From NCBI GenBank assembly GCA_051532055.1, contig JAOPTX010000004.1, positions 141,378-205,377 of the forward strand: a DNA stretch of 64,000 nt, written 5' to 3'. This DNA comes from Fibrobacterales bacterium (GTDB lineage: Bacteria > Fibrobacterota > Fibrobacteria > Fibrobacterales > JAOPTW01). Shown here piece by piece: positions 29,613 through 39,076 of this stretch (positions within the stretch are counted from its first letter, which is position 1; each line of letters opens with the position of its first letter). The position numbers were made by a program, and so were the translations under genes. The notes beneath the pieces are model-generated. The model made no database searches and was not told the origin of the DNA. It saw only the letters and a list, made by a program, of their open reading frames with translations.

Positions 29613-30992
29613 CTAAATCTTTGAAAAACGTTCAAGAAAAAGTATTTGGCTTTTTATTGCTTTCCTAAAATCATCAAGATGCAGGCTCTCATTTTCACTG
29701 TGGGCATTGGTGTAGGGATCTTCGATCCCCATGAGTAGGGTAGGGATACCACCGAGTGCGGTTGAAAGCTCATCGGCAAGGGGGATTGAAGCACCGCAAC
29801 CTGCAAATACCGCATCTGTTTGGTAACCATCTGTGAGTGCTTGTTTTGCTTGAGCAAATATAGGGTCATTTGTATTTGTAGCCCAACCATCAACAGCTGC
29901 CTCTGTTTCTATTTTGAGGTTTAGCCCCCAGGGGCATTCACCTTTAATTTTTGAAATGAGGGCAGACTCTGCTTTGGTACTGTCAATTCCTGCGGGGAGT
30001 CTTACACCCACACGCGCCCAGGCGCCATTCATAATAACGTTGCCCGCGCTTTTTCTGCTTCCCGACTCCATGCTGTTTATAATTAAAGAGGGCTCTTTCC
30101 AGAGTTTTAATAAGATTTCGTGACCATCTCCAAAGAGTTCAACCCCCTCGAGTAAGCCTGCTTGTTCTCTAAAAAGCTGGTTGTGCATCAGTAGAGATTT
30201 GTAAGAGCTAATTTCTTCTTTTGTTGGCTCTATGAGGCCCTCATAGAGTTCCGGAAGAGCGATTGTGCCGTCACTCTGTGTAAGAGAGGCTAGGACCTTA
30301 CTGAGCCCCATAGCAGGATCGGGGATAGGTCCGCCCCAAAGGCCGGAATGTAAGGGGCTCTTTAATGCACTTACTTCAATATCGAGACATACCATACCAC
30401 GTAAGCAGGTGGTGAGAGTGGGTTTTCCAGTGTCATAATTAGTTGCATCTGTAATAACAATATAGTCGGCAGCTAACTTGTTGCGATAGTGCTCTATAAA
30501 CGAATTTAAATGAGGTGACCCAATCTCCTCTTCACCTTCGATAAGAACTTTTATATTTACATGTAGTTTTGTGTGGGTCTCAAGTAGGGCCTTGATAGAG
30601 GCGGTGTGTACAACTATTCCCGCTTTGTCATCGGCGGTACCTCTTCCAAAAAGTCTCCCTTCTTTTTCTGTTGCAACAAATGGGTCAGAATTCCAGAGTT
30701 CTGTACGCATGGGAGGCTGTACATCGTGATGAGCGTAAAGTAGTACTGTCGGGTAAGCGGGATCAATAATGTGCTCACCATAGACATAAGGGTGAACGCC
30801 CGGAAGTGTGATGACTTCAACATTTGAAAGCCCTGAGCTGGTCATGAGTGTTGCTACTGCCTGGGCTGAGTCTGTAACTGCTTGGGCAGGGTAACCATCA
30901 AAACTGATCGAGGGAATAGCTACAAGTGCTGAAAGTGCATTAATGGTTTCTGAAAAGTGTGTCTCGTGGAACTGTATCGCTGTCTTTTGCAT
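29613..30992 (-). CDS. M20 family dipeptidase/metallohydrolase
   Basis: LLYAHHDVQP, GRGTADDK, EGEEEIGS, LHSG and NAHSENE. Confidence 0.93.
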   Translation of the reverse strand: MQKTAIQFHETHFSETINALSALVAIPSISFDGYPAQAVTDSAQAVATLMTSSGLSNVEVITLPGVHPYVYGEHIIDPAYPTVLLYAHHDVQPPMRTELWNSDPFVATEKEGRLFGRGTADDKAGIVVHTASIKALLETHTKLHVNIKVLIEGEEEIGSPHLNSFIEHYRNKLAADYIVITDATNYDTGKPTLTTCLRGMVCLDIEVSALKSPLHSGLWGGPIPDPAMGLSKVLASLTQSDGTIALPELYEGLIEPTKEEISSYKSLLMHNQLFREQAGLLEGVELFGDGHEILLKLWKEPSLIINSMESGSRKSAGNVIMNGAWARVGVRLPAGIDSTKAESALISKIKGECPWGLNLKIETEAAVDGWATNTNDPIFAQAKQALTDGYQTDAVFAGCGASIPLADELSTALGGIPTLLMGIEDPYTNAHSENESLHLDDFRKAIKSQILFLERFSKI

Positions 30993-31066
30993 AGAGGTCT
31001 CACCGTGAGAATGAAAAGCTCATTCAAATGTACTTTAGTGGGGGCGGTTCTCACAAGTGAGGAAAT

Positions 31067-31099
31067 AAAAAAGGCGTTTTTCTCATTGAAAAACGCCTT
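31067..31099 (-). terminator. Intrinsic terminator after the DAHP synthase gene
   Basis: AAGGCGTTTTT...AAAAACGCCTT stem. The adjacent A-run gives a U-tract on the minus strand. Confidence 0.75.
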
Positions 31100-31121
31100 A
31101 AAAAAAATGGAGCTGTAATGC

Positions 31122-32168
31122 TTAGTGTGAGTTTCTTAGCTCACGAGCATTTGCTGCAATCTCTCTGAGTTGAGGGATTAGTTTTAGGAGGGTCTCTGGA
31201 GTGATCGCCTGTTTTGGGTCATCACCGACACCTTGAACAGGATTACAATGAGTCTCAATAATTACACCATCAGCGCCATATGCTGCAGCTGCCATAGCGG
31301 CATTAGGAACATATTTTGCTTTACCAACACTGTGTGATGGGTCAACAATAACAGGAGCCCATGTTTTGTCTTTAAGAAGTGGAGTAATGCACTCATCGGG
31401 ATAGTTACGATACCCATCAACTGCAGGAAGTGTTCCCCGTGGGCAAAGCATAACATTAGCATTGCCATTGCCAGCAATGTATTCTGCTGCGAGGATAAAC
31501 TCGTCAATTTTACCCATATGGATAGAGCGCTTTAAGAGGACTTTTGTATCAGTATTGTGAGTGTGTTGTCCAATTTGTTGAAGCAGTTTATAGTTAAGTG
31601 CGTTACGGGCACCTACCTGAAAACAGTCAACATTTGCTGCAACACAAAGTTTTACTTGTTCGATTTCCATTACTTCAGTAACTACACCAAGACCAGTCTC
31701 TTCTTTTGCTTTCAGCAGAATTTCGAGACCTTTTTCAGATCCTTGAAATGAGTAAGGAGAGGTACGAGGTTTCCACACGCCACCACGAATAAGGTCAGCA
31801 CCTGCTTCTTTAACAGCATGAGCTGTCTCGATGAAAAAATTAGGATTATTGATATCAACAGTACATTGGCCTGCAAATACAACAAATTCTTTTCCCAGTT
31901 CTTTTCCATTGATAAGATGTTTGTGAGATGCCATCTCACTATCTTTAGCCAATATTTTGTAAGGTGCTTGTATCGAGTCAATTTTATCGATGTAGTCAAG
32001 ACCTTCAATTCTGTTTCTGAGGAGTGATGATGTCTCATCACCAATTATTGCATAAATTGTTTTTTGAGAACCGGCAATAGGCTGAATAGTTACATCAAAT
32101 TCAGCAGCGATAGCGCGTACTTCTTTGAGTTGCCCTTCGGTTAATTCTTTCTCATATGGTAAAATCAT
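31122..32168 (-). CDS. aroF: 3-deoxy-7-phosphoheptulonate (DAHP) synthase, class I-beta, with N-terminal regulatory domain
   Basis: RGGVWKPRTSPYSFQG, QVGARN, LLKR, VIVDPSH and IETH..P...DPKQ. Confidence 0.88.
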   Translation of the reverse strand: MILPYEKELTEGQLKEVRAIAAEFDVTIQPIAGSQKTIYAIIGDETSSLLRNRIEGLDYIDKIDSIQAPYKILAKDSEMASHKHLINGKELGKEFVVFAGQCTVDINNPNFFIETAHAVKEAGADLIRGGVWKPRTSPYSFQGSEKGLEILLKAKEETGLGVVTEVMEIEQVKLCVAANVDCFQVGARNALNYKLLQQIGQHTHNTDTKVLLKRSIHMGKIDEFILAAEYIAGNGNANVMLCPRGTLPAVDGYRNYPDECITPLLKDKTWAPVIVDPSHSVGKAKYVPNAAMAAAAYGADGVIIETHCNPVQGVGDDPKQAITPETLLKLIPQLREIAANARELRNSH

Positions 32169-32314
32169 AAGTAATAGCTTTTTTTGTTATATGGGCCTAA
32201 ATGTAGATTAATCGGGACTGTTCTGCAATAAGCAGGGAGATGAATCTGTGGGGAGGGCACTTTGATACAGGTTTGATAACCGTATTGGGAACTAATTAGA
32301 GTAAATGCGAGGCG

Positions 32315-34666
32315 CTAGGGTGAAAACCACTGGTTTAACATAGAAAAGAATGATTCTAGTTTAATTGGTTTTGCGATATAGTCATCCATGCCAGAGTCAA
32401 TACAGCGCTCACGGTCCCCCTGCATAGCATTTGCAGTCATTGCAATGATTGGAGTTTTTGATGATTCTATGGTACTTTCACCCTCTCTTATGAGTTGGGT
32501 TGCTTCGAGGCCATCCATTTCGGGCATTTGAACATCCATAAAAACGAGATCATATTTCTTCTCTTTGAGGGCATCAACTGCTTTTTTACCAGTGTCAACA
32601 ATGTCAAGATCAATTTCTGAATTTGAGAGCAGTCCAATAATCAATTGTTGATTAATCATATTGTCTTCGGCTAATAGTATTGATTTTCCAGGGAATACTT
32701 TTCTCAGTTCTACCTCGGGGGTTTCACTATTCAACGTGTTGTGTGTTTGAATGAGTTGTTCTTTGAAGGTTCCAAGAGGTATGGTAAACCAAAAGGTTGA
32801 CCCAAAATCCAGTGTTGATTTTACTCCAATAGTTCCACCCATAAGTTCAACGAGTTGTTTTGAAATTGAGAGACCAAGGCCGGTTCCGCCAAATTTGCGT
32901 GTAGTAGAGCCATCTGCTTGAGTGAATTTATCAAAGAGATTTTGAGCTGCCTCATCAGGAATTCCGATACCGGTATCTTTAACAACGACGGTGAGTTCAT
33001 GTTGATGGTCGACCATTGATGTTTGAGAAAGTTCAATAGTAATGGTGCCTTTTTTAGTGAATTTGATGGCATTACTGACAAGGTTTATCACAATCTGTTG
33101 TATTCGACCGGGGTCACCGATGGAGTGAATGGGGAGTGTAGGGTCCACCACAAAAATGAGATCATTTTTTTGTTCTTTGGCTTTGAGCTTTAATAACTCT
33201 TTAACATGTGTAATGATAGTTTCAATTTTAAAAGGGATACTCTCAAGTGTGAGTTTGCCTGCTTCAATTTTTGAGAAATCGAGAATATCGTTAATAATTG
33301 TAAGAAGTGATTGTGCGCTGGTATCCACTGCTTTTGCAAATTGTACCTGTTCATCAGAGAGTTGACTTTGTAACAATAGTCCGGTCATACCAATGATGCC
33401 ATTCATAGGTGTTCTAATTTCGTGTGACATATTAGCAAGAAATTCTGATTTTGCCCTGTTGGCGGCTTCGGCGCCCTTCTTAAGTTCTTCAGTAACTCTA
33501 AGGGAGTCCTTAAGCTCCCCAGTGTGATTCGCTTCAATAGATCGTAAATTTTGAATTTCATCATGAACAATTTCGAGAGTGACTGCGATTTCTTTCAGGG
33601 GATTGTCAGGAGAAATATAGGTAGAGCCAAATGAGCCTTCCCACATTAATGTGCTACTCATTGCACTGATTTCTTCAATGTCTTGGGGGCTCACAGAAGT
33701 AGTTCGTTTATGGGCATTGGAGTCTGTAGTAATGTTGTTGATCTTATTAAATGCGTCTTCTATACTCTCAACAAAATCCAGTTTTTGATGTACAAATGCA
33801 GTGTAGATTTTAAGAGCTGTTTTAGCGATAATACTTGCGTTGCATATGTAGGCAATGTCAGGGAAGCAGTTATATTTTTCATTCAGAGATTTAATGGTCT
33901 TGGCATAGAGAGCTCTACCGGCTGCACTTGACTTGGTCATTCCGGTGTAATCGGCTATTCGAATATATGATGCATTGCTCATAAGGCCTGTAGCAAATAT
34001 TTTTTCAAGGTGGGGGACGAGCTTTTTAACGTTCTCAAAATTATATTCACCAATAAGAGATGAGTAGAGGATTTTTCCTGGTGCCATACCAGTGATATAT
34101 TCAAACCCGTTTTCACGATCGATGTAGGCCCAATCATTATGAAAAGTGATATCAGAAAAAGAGTAATGTGACACTTCGCTCTGCCTTTCATCTACCATAG
34201 ATTGAGCAGCAGTGATCGCGTGTTCGTACTTTTTCTTTAGTACGAGTGAAATGCCAATATTAAAGGTTGCAATACCAATTTGAGCTAGTTTCCCTGCCCA
34301 AAATGGGGCATGAAGATAGACAACGCCTGCTAAGTTAGGGCTATTTTGAATAATATGTTTTTTATTTAATCCAACCTGTTCTGATGAGAGCCTCCCGGTG
34401 ATGTTGGTAAAATCATGGACTTCTACATAAGGTTTCTCGACAGTAGTTAATTGTATAAATTGCTCGACAAGCTCATAAAATCGGTCGGCATTGGCATTCT
34501 TTAAGTTTCCCGAACTACTAATGTAGAGGATAGACTTGCCTACTTTTCGAATGTTAAATATGTAGTTTCCCCCAAGGGGTACGTTTAGAAACTGGTCGAG
34601 GGAAGTAACCGGAAGTTGGGTGATAGGGCACAGCGTTGCTGAATAGAGGAGAGGGGACTCTTCCAA
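32315..34666 (-). CDS. Cytoplasmic hybrid histidine kinase (HisKA-HATPase-REC) with an uncharacterised N-terminal input region
   Basis: [38 protein letters not shown] and receiver [11 protein letters not shown]. No TM helix. Confidence 0.93.
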   Translation of the reverse strand: MEESPLLYSATLCPITQLPVTSLDQFLNVPLGGNYIFNIRKVGKSILYISSSGNLKNANADRFYELVEQFIQLTTVEKPYVEVHDFTNITGRLSSEQVGLNKKHIIQNSPNLAGVVYLHAPFWAGKLAQIGIATFNIGISLVLKKKYEHAITAAQSMVDERQSEVSHYSFSDITFHNDWAYIDRENGFEYITGMAPGKILYSSLIGEYNFENVKKLVPHLEKIFATGLMSNASYIRIADYTGMTKSSAAGRALYAKTIKSLNEKYNCFPDIAYICNASIIAKTALKIYTAFVHQKLDFVESIEDAFNKINNITTDSNAHKRTTSVSPQDIEEISAMSSTLMWEGSFGSTYISPDNPLKEIAVTLEIVHDEIQNLRSIEANHTGELKDSLRVTEELKKGAEAANRAKSEFLANMSHEIRTPMNGIIGMTGLLLQSQLSDEQVQFAKAVDTSAQSLLTIINDILDFSKIEAGKLTLESIPFKIETIITHVKELLKLKAKEQKNDLIFVVDPTLPIHSIGDPGRIQQIVINLVSNAIKFTKKGTITIELSQTSMVDHQHELTVVVKDTGIGIPDEAAQNLFDKFTQADGSTTRKFGGTGLGLSISKQLVELMGGTIGVKSTLDFGSTFWFTIPLGTFKEQLIQTHNTLNSETPEVELRKVFPGKSILLAEDNMINQQLIIGLLSNSEIDLDIVDTGKKAVDALKEKKYDLVFMDVQMPEMDGLEATQLIREGESTIESSKTPIIAMTANAMQGDRERCIDSGMDDYIAKPIKLESFFSMLNQWFSP

Positions 34667-34772
34667 AATATCTCGTTAAAAGAACCTTATTTGTAGAGTA
34701 TATCATTTTGTAATGAAGAGTGCAATAGTGTGCCGATTATAAACGGTGAATTATCGGTTGAGCGCGTTCAAA

Positions 34773-37754
34773 TTATTTTTCAGTAGCAGTATAGACGCCA
34801 TCCCAAACGTCACCTTTAGGTACTGGAGGATGAGTAGCATACTCCTGGCAGCGCTCAATAAATAGGTGGGATGGGGTTGTTTTGCATCCTGGGGCTCTAT
34901 CGGGATGATGAGGTTCAAGAGCTAAGCACTCGGTAAAGAGGGCTTCAGCTTCACTCCATTTTGTTGCAGTATAGAGTGCTCGTGCCTCAGTAAATTTTTC
35001 AACAAGCTCAAAGAGAATATCTGTTATATTCTCTTTGAGTGCAAGAAGCTCGTAGGTGATTACGGGTTCTGATTTGCCCATTACCTTTATCTCATCGATT
35101 ACCCGTGAGAGGATCGTTCCATCAGTTGCATCAATGGTCTCTTGAGAACACATGGTATAGACGCCGTATTGTTTTGCGCCTGACTCTAATCGTGCAGCAA
35201 GGTTTACGGCATCTCCCATCATAGTATAGTTCATCCGCACCGATGAGCCCATATTACCGGTTACAATTTGACCAGAATTAATGCCAATTCGCATGCGCAT
35301 CCCATGAACAATTACGGGCCATTTCTCGCCTTGTGATGCCCAAAGGTCTCTGAGCTCTCCGAGCTTGTCTTGCATGAGCAGAGCGGCCTTACAGGCTGCT
35401 TGTGCGTGATAATCAATTTTAACTGGCGCCCCAAAAAAGGCTATGATCGCGTCTCCTTCGTACTTATCAAGTGTTCCTTGATACTCAAGAAGTATAGTGG
35501 TCATGGCGGTTAAATACTCATTGAGTAACTCAACCAATTTTGAGGGAGATCCTATTTTTTCTGAAAAGGTAGAGAAGCTTGCTATGTCGGTGAAGTACGC
35601 GGTTATAAAGTTTTCTTCTCCACCAAGTGAAGGTTTTTGATCGTTTGCAAGCATTTCGTCAATGAGTTCTGGAGAGATGTAATTTTTAAATGCGTCAACG
35701 GCTTGTTTCTTTTCACGCTCTTCAAATATATAGCGGAATATTATTGTGGTAAAAAGCGATAGTATGAGTACAAGATAAGGCTTCGCCAGTGCCATATACG
35801 TACCATTGATCATGGTCTCTAGATTATAGATGAAGAGACCAAGGCCAATAATGGCAATTAAAATTACGGTAATATAGGGACGGATGTATGAGGCTAAAAA
35901 TGCGGTAACGATACTGCAGAGCAGCATAAGTAAAAGCAAGAGGTTATCGTCAATGAATCTAATGTAATTACTGTTTAAAATGTTTTCGAGCATGTTGAGG
36001 TGAATGAGAACACCAGGGAAGTCACTTGAAGGTGCGGCAGAGACAATATCCATAAGTGCCGCCGCAGACGAGCCAAGGATAAAAATTTTGCCCTGATAAT
36101 ATCCGGGGTCAATACGTCCAGAGACTACATCGTAATAGGAGATTGTTGCAAATCCTTTGTTAGATCGTCCAGCATAGGTGTTACGTGAATGATGACTGAA
36201 ATTTATCCGCATTCGCCCTTCTGCGGTGATTGGAATGAGGAGAGAATCACCTAATGAAAGTCTGCTTCCGTTGGGGAGTGCATTAATAGTTTCAATTCCA
36301 TTATTGAGCAGTGCATTAATTGATGATTCGTTGAGGAGAATAAAGTTTGACTGATAGGTACCTGTGTATCTATGTCGATAGAGTGTCAGGTTACTTGCGA
36401 GATGGGCAATGTGTCCTACGGGAAGTGCGGACAGTTGCTGCGCTTCTTCTTGTAATGTCTGAATAACATAGGAGTTGATGTACGTCTCATCATCGTCATT
36501 GTCGGTGAGCATAAAAAAACCTTCATCTTCATCATAACTCAGAGTCACTCCATGAGAGAGCGTATGTGCTACATCTTGGGGGCCTTGTATAAGTGAGTCG
36601 AGAGTCGGAGTATTGAGTATTGCCTGGGTCATTGGATGAGAAAGAGTTTGGGCGTCAAAAATATCGGTATGCATCTCACCATTTTTCTCTTTGGTAACAA
36701 TGACTTGTGTTGCAACAGTGAGGTGGCGAAAGTTTGTGTCGTTCTCTTGTTGTGCGCGAACCATTTTTCTCTTTTTCAATAGTTCTCGAAGCATAGTCCA
36801 GGTGAGATTGGGATAACTGGTCGAAAGTGAGCCGAATGAATCTTTTATGAGGGTCACCGGGGGACCAATTTTGAGAGAATTACCTGGGTCAATAGTTATG
36901 TCTTGGGGAGAGGTACCCGTTGCCAGAAGCGCTGTTTGTAGTGCAATTACCGGGTAGAGCCCTGGAGTGTAGCTGAAATTAATACTTGGATTGGGAAAGC
37001 CTTGAAGGAGGTATTCAGAGCGGTGTACACCATCTTCATCGGGAATTACATTGACGAGGCCGATGGTGTGGGCTGCTTGGCCAAGTTCAGGAAATACATT
37101 GTCGAGTATATCCCAGTTATTGATGTCGAATGTTTGTGCGGTGACATATGCTGAGTGTGGGCTGATAGTGTCGTTCCATTGGGGGGTAGACAGAGGGCGC
37201 CATTGAGATTCGTGCAAATACATGACTGAACGACCTACCGTTGCTGCAATAACCACATTGCCCGCTTCGGCAACTTCTGAAACAAATATTGAGTCGTGAT
37301 TATAATAGGGCCGAATGTCATTGTAATAGGTATCCCAGTTTATGTCGGGAAGCACATTTTTAAGCATGTGTACTGCTTGATCTGTTTTGGAAGTACCAAA
37401 AAATGCTTTCTTAAAGAGGATATCAAAGGTGATTGCTGCAGCGCCACCTCTACTGAGTTGTCGGACTACTTCGGCATGGTGGGTACGGGGCCACTGCCAA
37501 TAAGGACCAAGTTTGGAGAGTGACGTTTCGTCAATATCAACAAAAACGATTCGTGATTCCACTTCTTCGAAATTGGGTTCTTCAAAGGAGTCATCCATAA
37601 ACCATCGAAAAGAGGTATCGTAGAGTGCGTTTTCGAGTGAGGTGATGTATTGTTGATTTAAGCTAAATGAGCCAAGGAAATTAAGGGCAAATGGAATGAC
37701 AAACGCAATAATAGTAGTGATTAAGAGTTTGCGGGTCTGTTTGGTTAATTTCAT
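34773..37754 (-). CDS. CHASE2-domain class III adenylate cyclase
   Basis: VDIDE.SL..LG..WPR..HA (CHASE2), PGV.IH, three TM helices, FTDIASFS, DKYEGDA and NYTMMGDAVNLAARLES. The Lys and Thr residues specify ATP. Confidence 0.92.
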   Translation of the reverse strand: MKLTKQTRKLLITTIIAFVIPFALNFLGSFSLNQQYITSLENALYDTSFRWFMDDSFEEPNFEEVESRIVFVDIDETSLSKLGPYWQWPRTHHAEVVRQLSRGGAAAITFDILFKKAFFGTSKTDQAVHMLKNVLPDINWDTYYNDIRPYYNHDSIFVSEVAEAGNVVIAATVGRSVMYLHESQWRPLSTPQWNDTISPHSAYVTAQTFDINNWDILDNVFPELGQAAHTIGLVNVIPDEDGVHRSEYLLQGFPNPSINFSYTPGLYPVIALQTALLATGTSPQDITIDPGNSLKIGPPVTLIKDSFGSLSTSYPNLTWTMLRELLKKRKMVRAQQENDTNFRHLTVATQVIVTKEKNGEMHTDIFDAQTLSHPMTQAILNTPTLDSLIQGPQDVAHTLSHGVTLSYDEDEGFFMLTDNDDDETYINSYVIQTLQEEAQQLSALPVGHIAHLASNLTLYRHRYTGTYQSNFILLNESSINALLNNGIETINALPNGSRLSLGDSLLIPITAEGRMRINFSHHSRNTYAGRSNKGFATISYYDVVSGRIDPGYYQGKIFILGSSAAALMDIVSAAPSSDFPGVLIHLNMLENILNSNYIRFIDDNLLLLLMLLCSIVTAFLASYIRPYITVILIAIIGLGLFIYNLETMINGTYMALAKPYLVLILSLFTTIIFRYIFEEREKKQAVDAFKNYISPELIDEMLANDQKPSLGGEENFITAYFTDIASFSTFSEKIGSPSKLVELLNEYLTAMTTILLEYQGTLDKYEGDAIIAFFGAPVKIDYHAQAACKAALLMQDKLGELRDLWASQGEKWPVIVHGMRMRIGINSGQIVTGNMGSSVRMNYTMMGDAVNLAARLESGAKQYGVYTMCSQETIDATDGTILSRVIDEIKVMGKSEPVITYELLALKENITDILFELVEKFTEARALYTATKWSEAEALFTECLALEPHHPDRAPGCKTTPSHLFIERCQEYATHPPVPKGDVWDGVYTATEK

Positions 37755-37977
37755 GCTGGTTCAACTTATAAATATACCCTCTAATTTAACTATGATTTTG
37801 AGATAATTACCACAATTTACTCAAAAATAAGGAAAATTCTGCATATTTGCATACGCTGATTGCAAGGGTGATCTCCTTCAGTGATTTAAAAGTCAGGGCA
37901 CATTTGTTCCCATAAAAAGGGCCTATTTTAAGTATATTTTCGAACACATTGTAATTGTTTTCACCCACGAGATCTTC

Positions 37978-39063
37978 ATGAGTACCCTGAAACGCACCCC
38001 GCTTTTTAATGAATATGCTAAGTATAATGGAAAAATAGTCCCTTTTGCAGGATATGAGATGCCTGTCTCTTTTGCTGGAATTAAAGCAGAACACGAGGCA
38101 GTGCGAGAACGAGCTGGTATTTTTGATGTTTCTCATATGGGCCTTTTTTACGTGAATGGTGAAGGGTCAGAGCTCTTTTTAAATAGTATTACAACCAATA
38201 ATGTGAGCAAATTGGTCACATTACAAGTCCAGTATTCTGCCTTTTGTAATGAGTCAGGCGGGGTTATTGATGATATTCTCGTCTATAAATTGGGTACAGA
38301 ATCGTATCAAATTATAGTGAATGCGGCAAATATCGATAAAGATTATGAATGGGTAACATCTCATATTCCAGATGGGGTTTCTGTGGATAATGCAAGTCCA
38401 GAAATGTGTATTTTAGCATTACAAGGACCTTTTGCTGCAAAAATAGCAGAAAAGGTGTGCGGACAAAGCTTGGGTGTAATCGATTATTATAATGCTTTTA
38501 AAACGACCATTGCAGGCGAAGAATTTTTAGTGTCTCGTACAGGATATACTGGTGAAGATGGATTTGAGTTTTTTCCTACAAATAAATCAGCAGTTTCTGT
38601 TTGGAATGCTTTGATTGAGGCGGGTCAAGAGCATGGTTTAGAGCCTATCGGTCTAGGTGCTCGTGACACCCTTAGGCTTGAAGCAGGGTTCTCTCTCTAT
38701 GGGCAAGAGCTCAATGACGAACGTAACGTACTTGAATCGGGGCTTGGCTGGATAACAGATCTAAATAAAAAGAATTTTATTGGTAAAGAGGCATTGACAA
38801 ATTCTAAGGCCGCTGGTTTCAATAACAAAATAGTTGGTATAGAGCTTATCGATAAAGGTATCCCTCGGATAGGCTGTAGCGTTGCAGTAAATGGAACTGT
38901 TATTGGTGAGATAACCTCAGGGTCGGTCATACCTACTACAGCAAAAGCGATCTCGATGGCGTTTATCAGCGCAGAGTATGCTAAGGTAGGAAGCGAAGTC
39001 GATGTGTTGATTAGAGATAAAGCTAAAAAAGCAAGAGTGGTTTCTCGTCGTTTTAAAAAATAG
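37978..39063 (+). CDS. gcvT: Glycine cleavage system aminomethyltransferase T
   Basis: [38 protein letters not shown] and [13 protein letters not shown]. Confidence 0.96.
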   Translation: MSTLKRTPLFNEYAKYNGKIVPFAGYEMPVSFAGIKAEHEAVRERAGIFDVSHMGLFYVNGEGSELFLNSITTNNVSKLVTLQVQYSAFCNESGGVIDDILVYKLGTESYQIIVNAANIDKDYEWVTSHIPDGVSVDNASPEMCILALQGPFAAKIAEKVCGQSLGVIDYYNAFKTTIAGEEFLVSRTGYTGEDGFEFFPTNKSAVSVWNALIEAGQEHGLEPIGLGARDTLRLEAGFSLYGQELNDERNVLESGLGWITDLNKKNFIGKEALTNSKAAGFNNKIVGIELIDKGIPRIGCSVAVNGTVIGEITSGSVIPTTAKAISMAFISAEYAKVGSEVDVLIRDKAKKARVVSRRFKK

Positions 39064-39076
39064 ATATTGAGGTAGT

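Noticed and set aside
34751..34777. ACCGATAA (sigma28-like -10) on the minus strand upstream of the hybrid kinase
   Set aside because: There is no TAAA/TCAA -35 element at 15 nt spacing, and the site is part of an imperfect inverted repeat.
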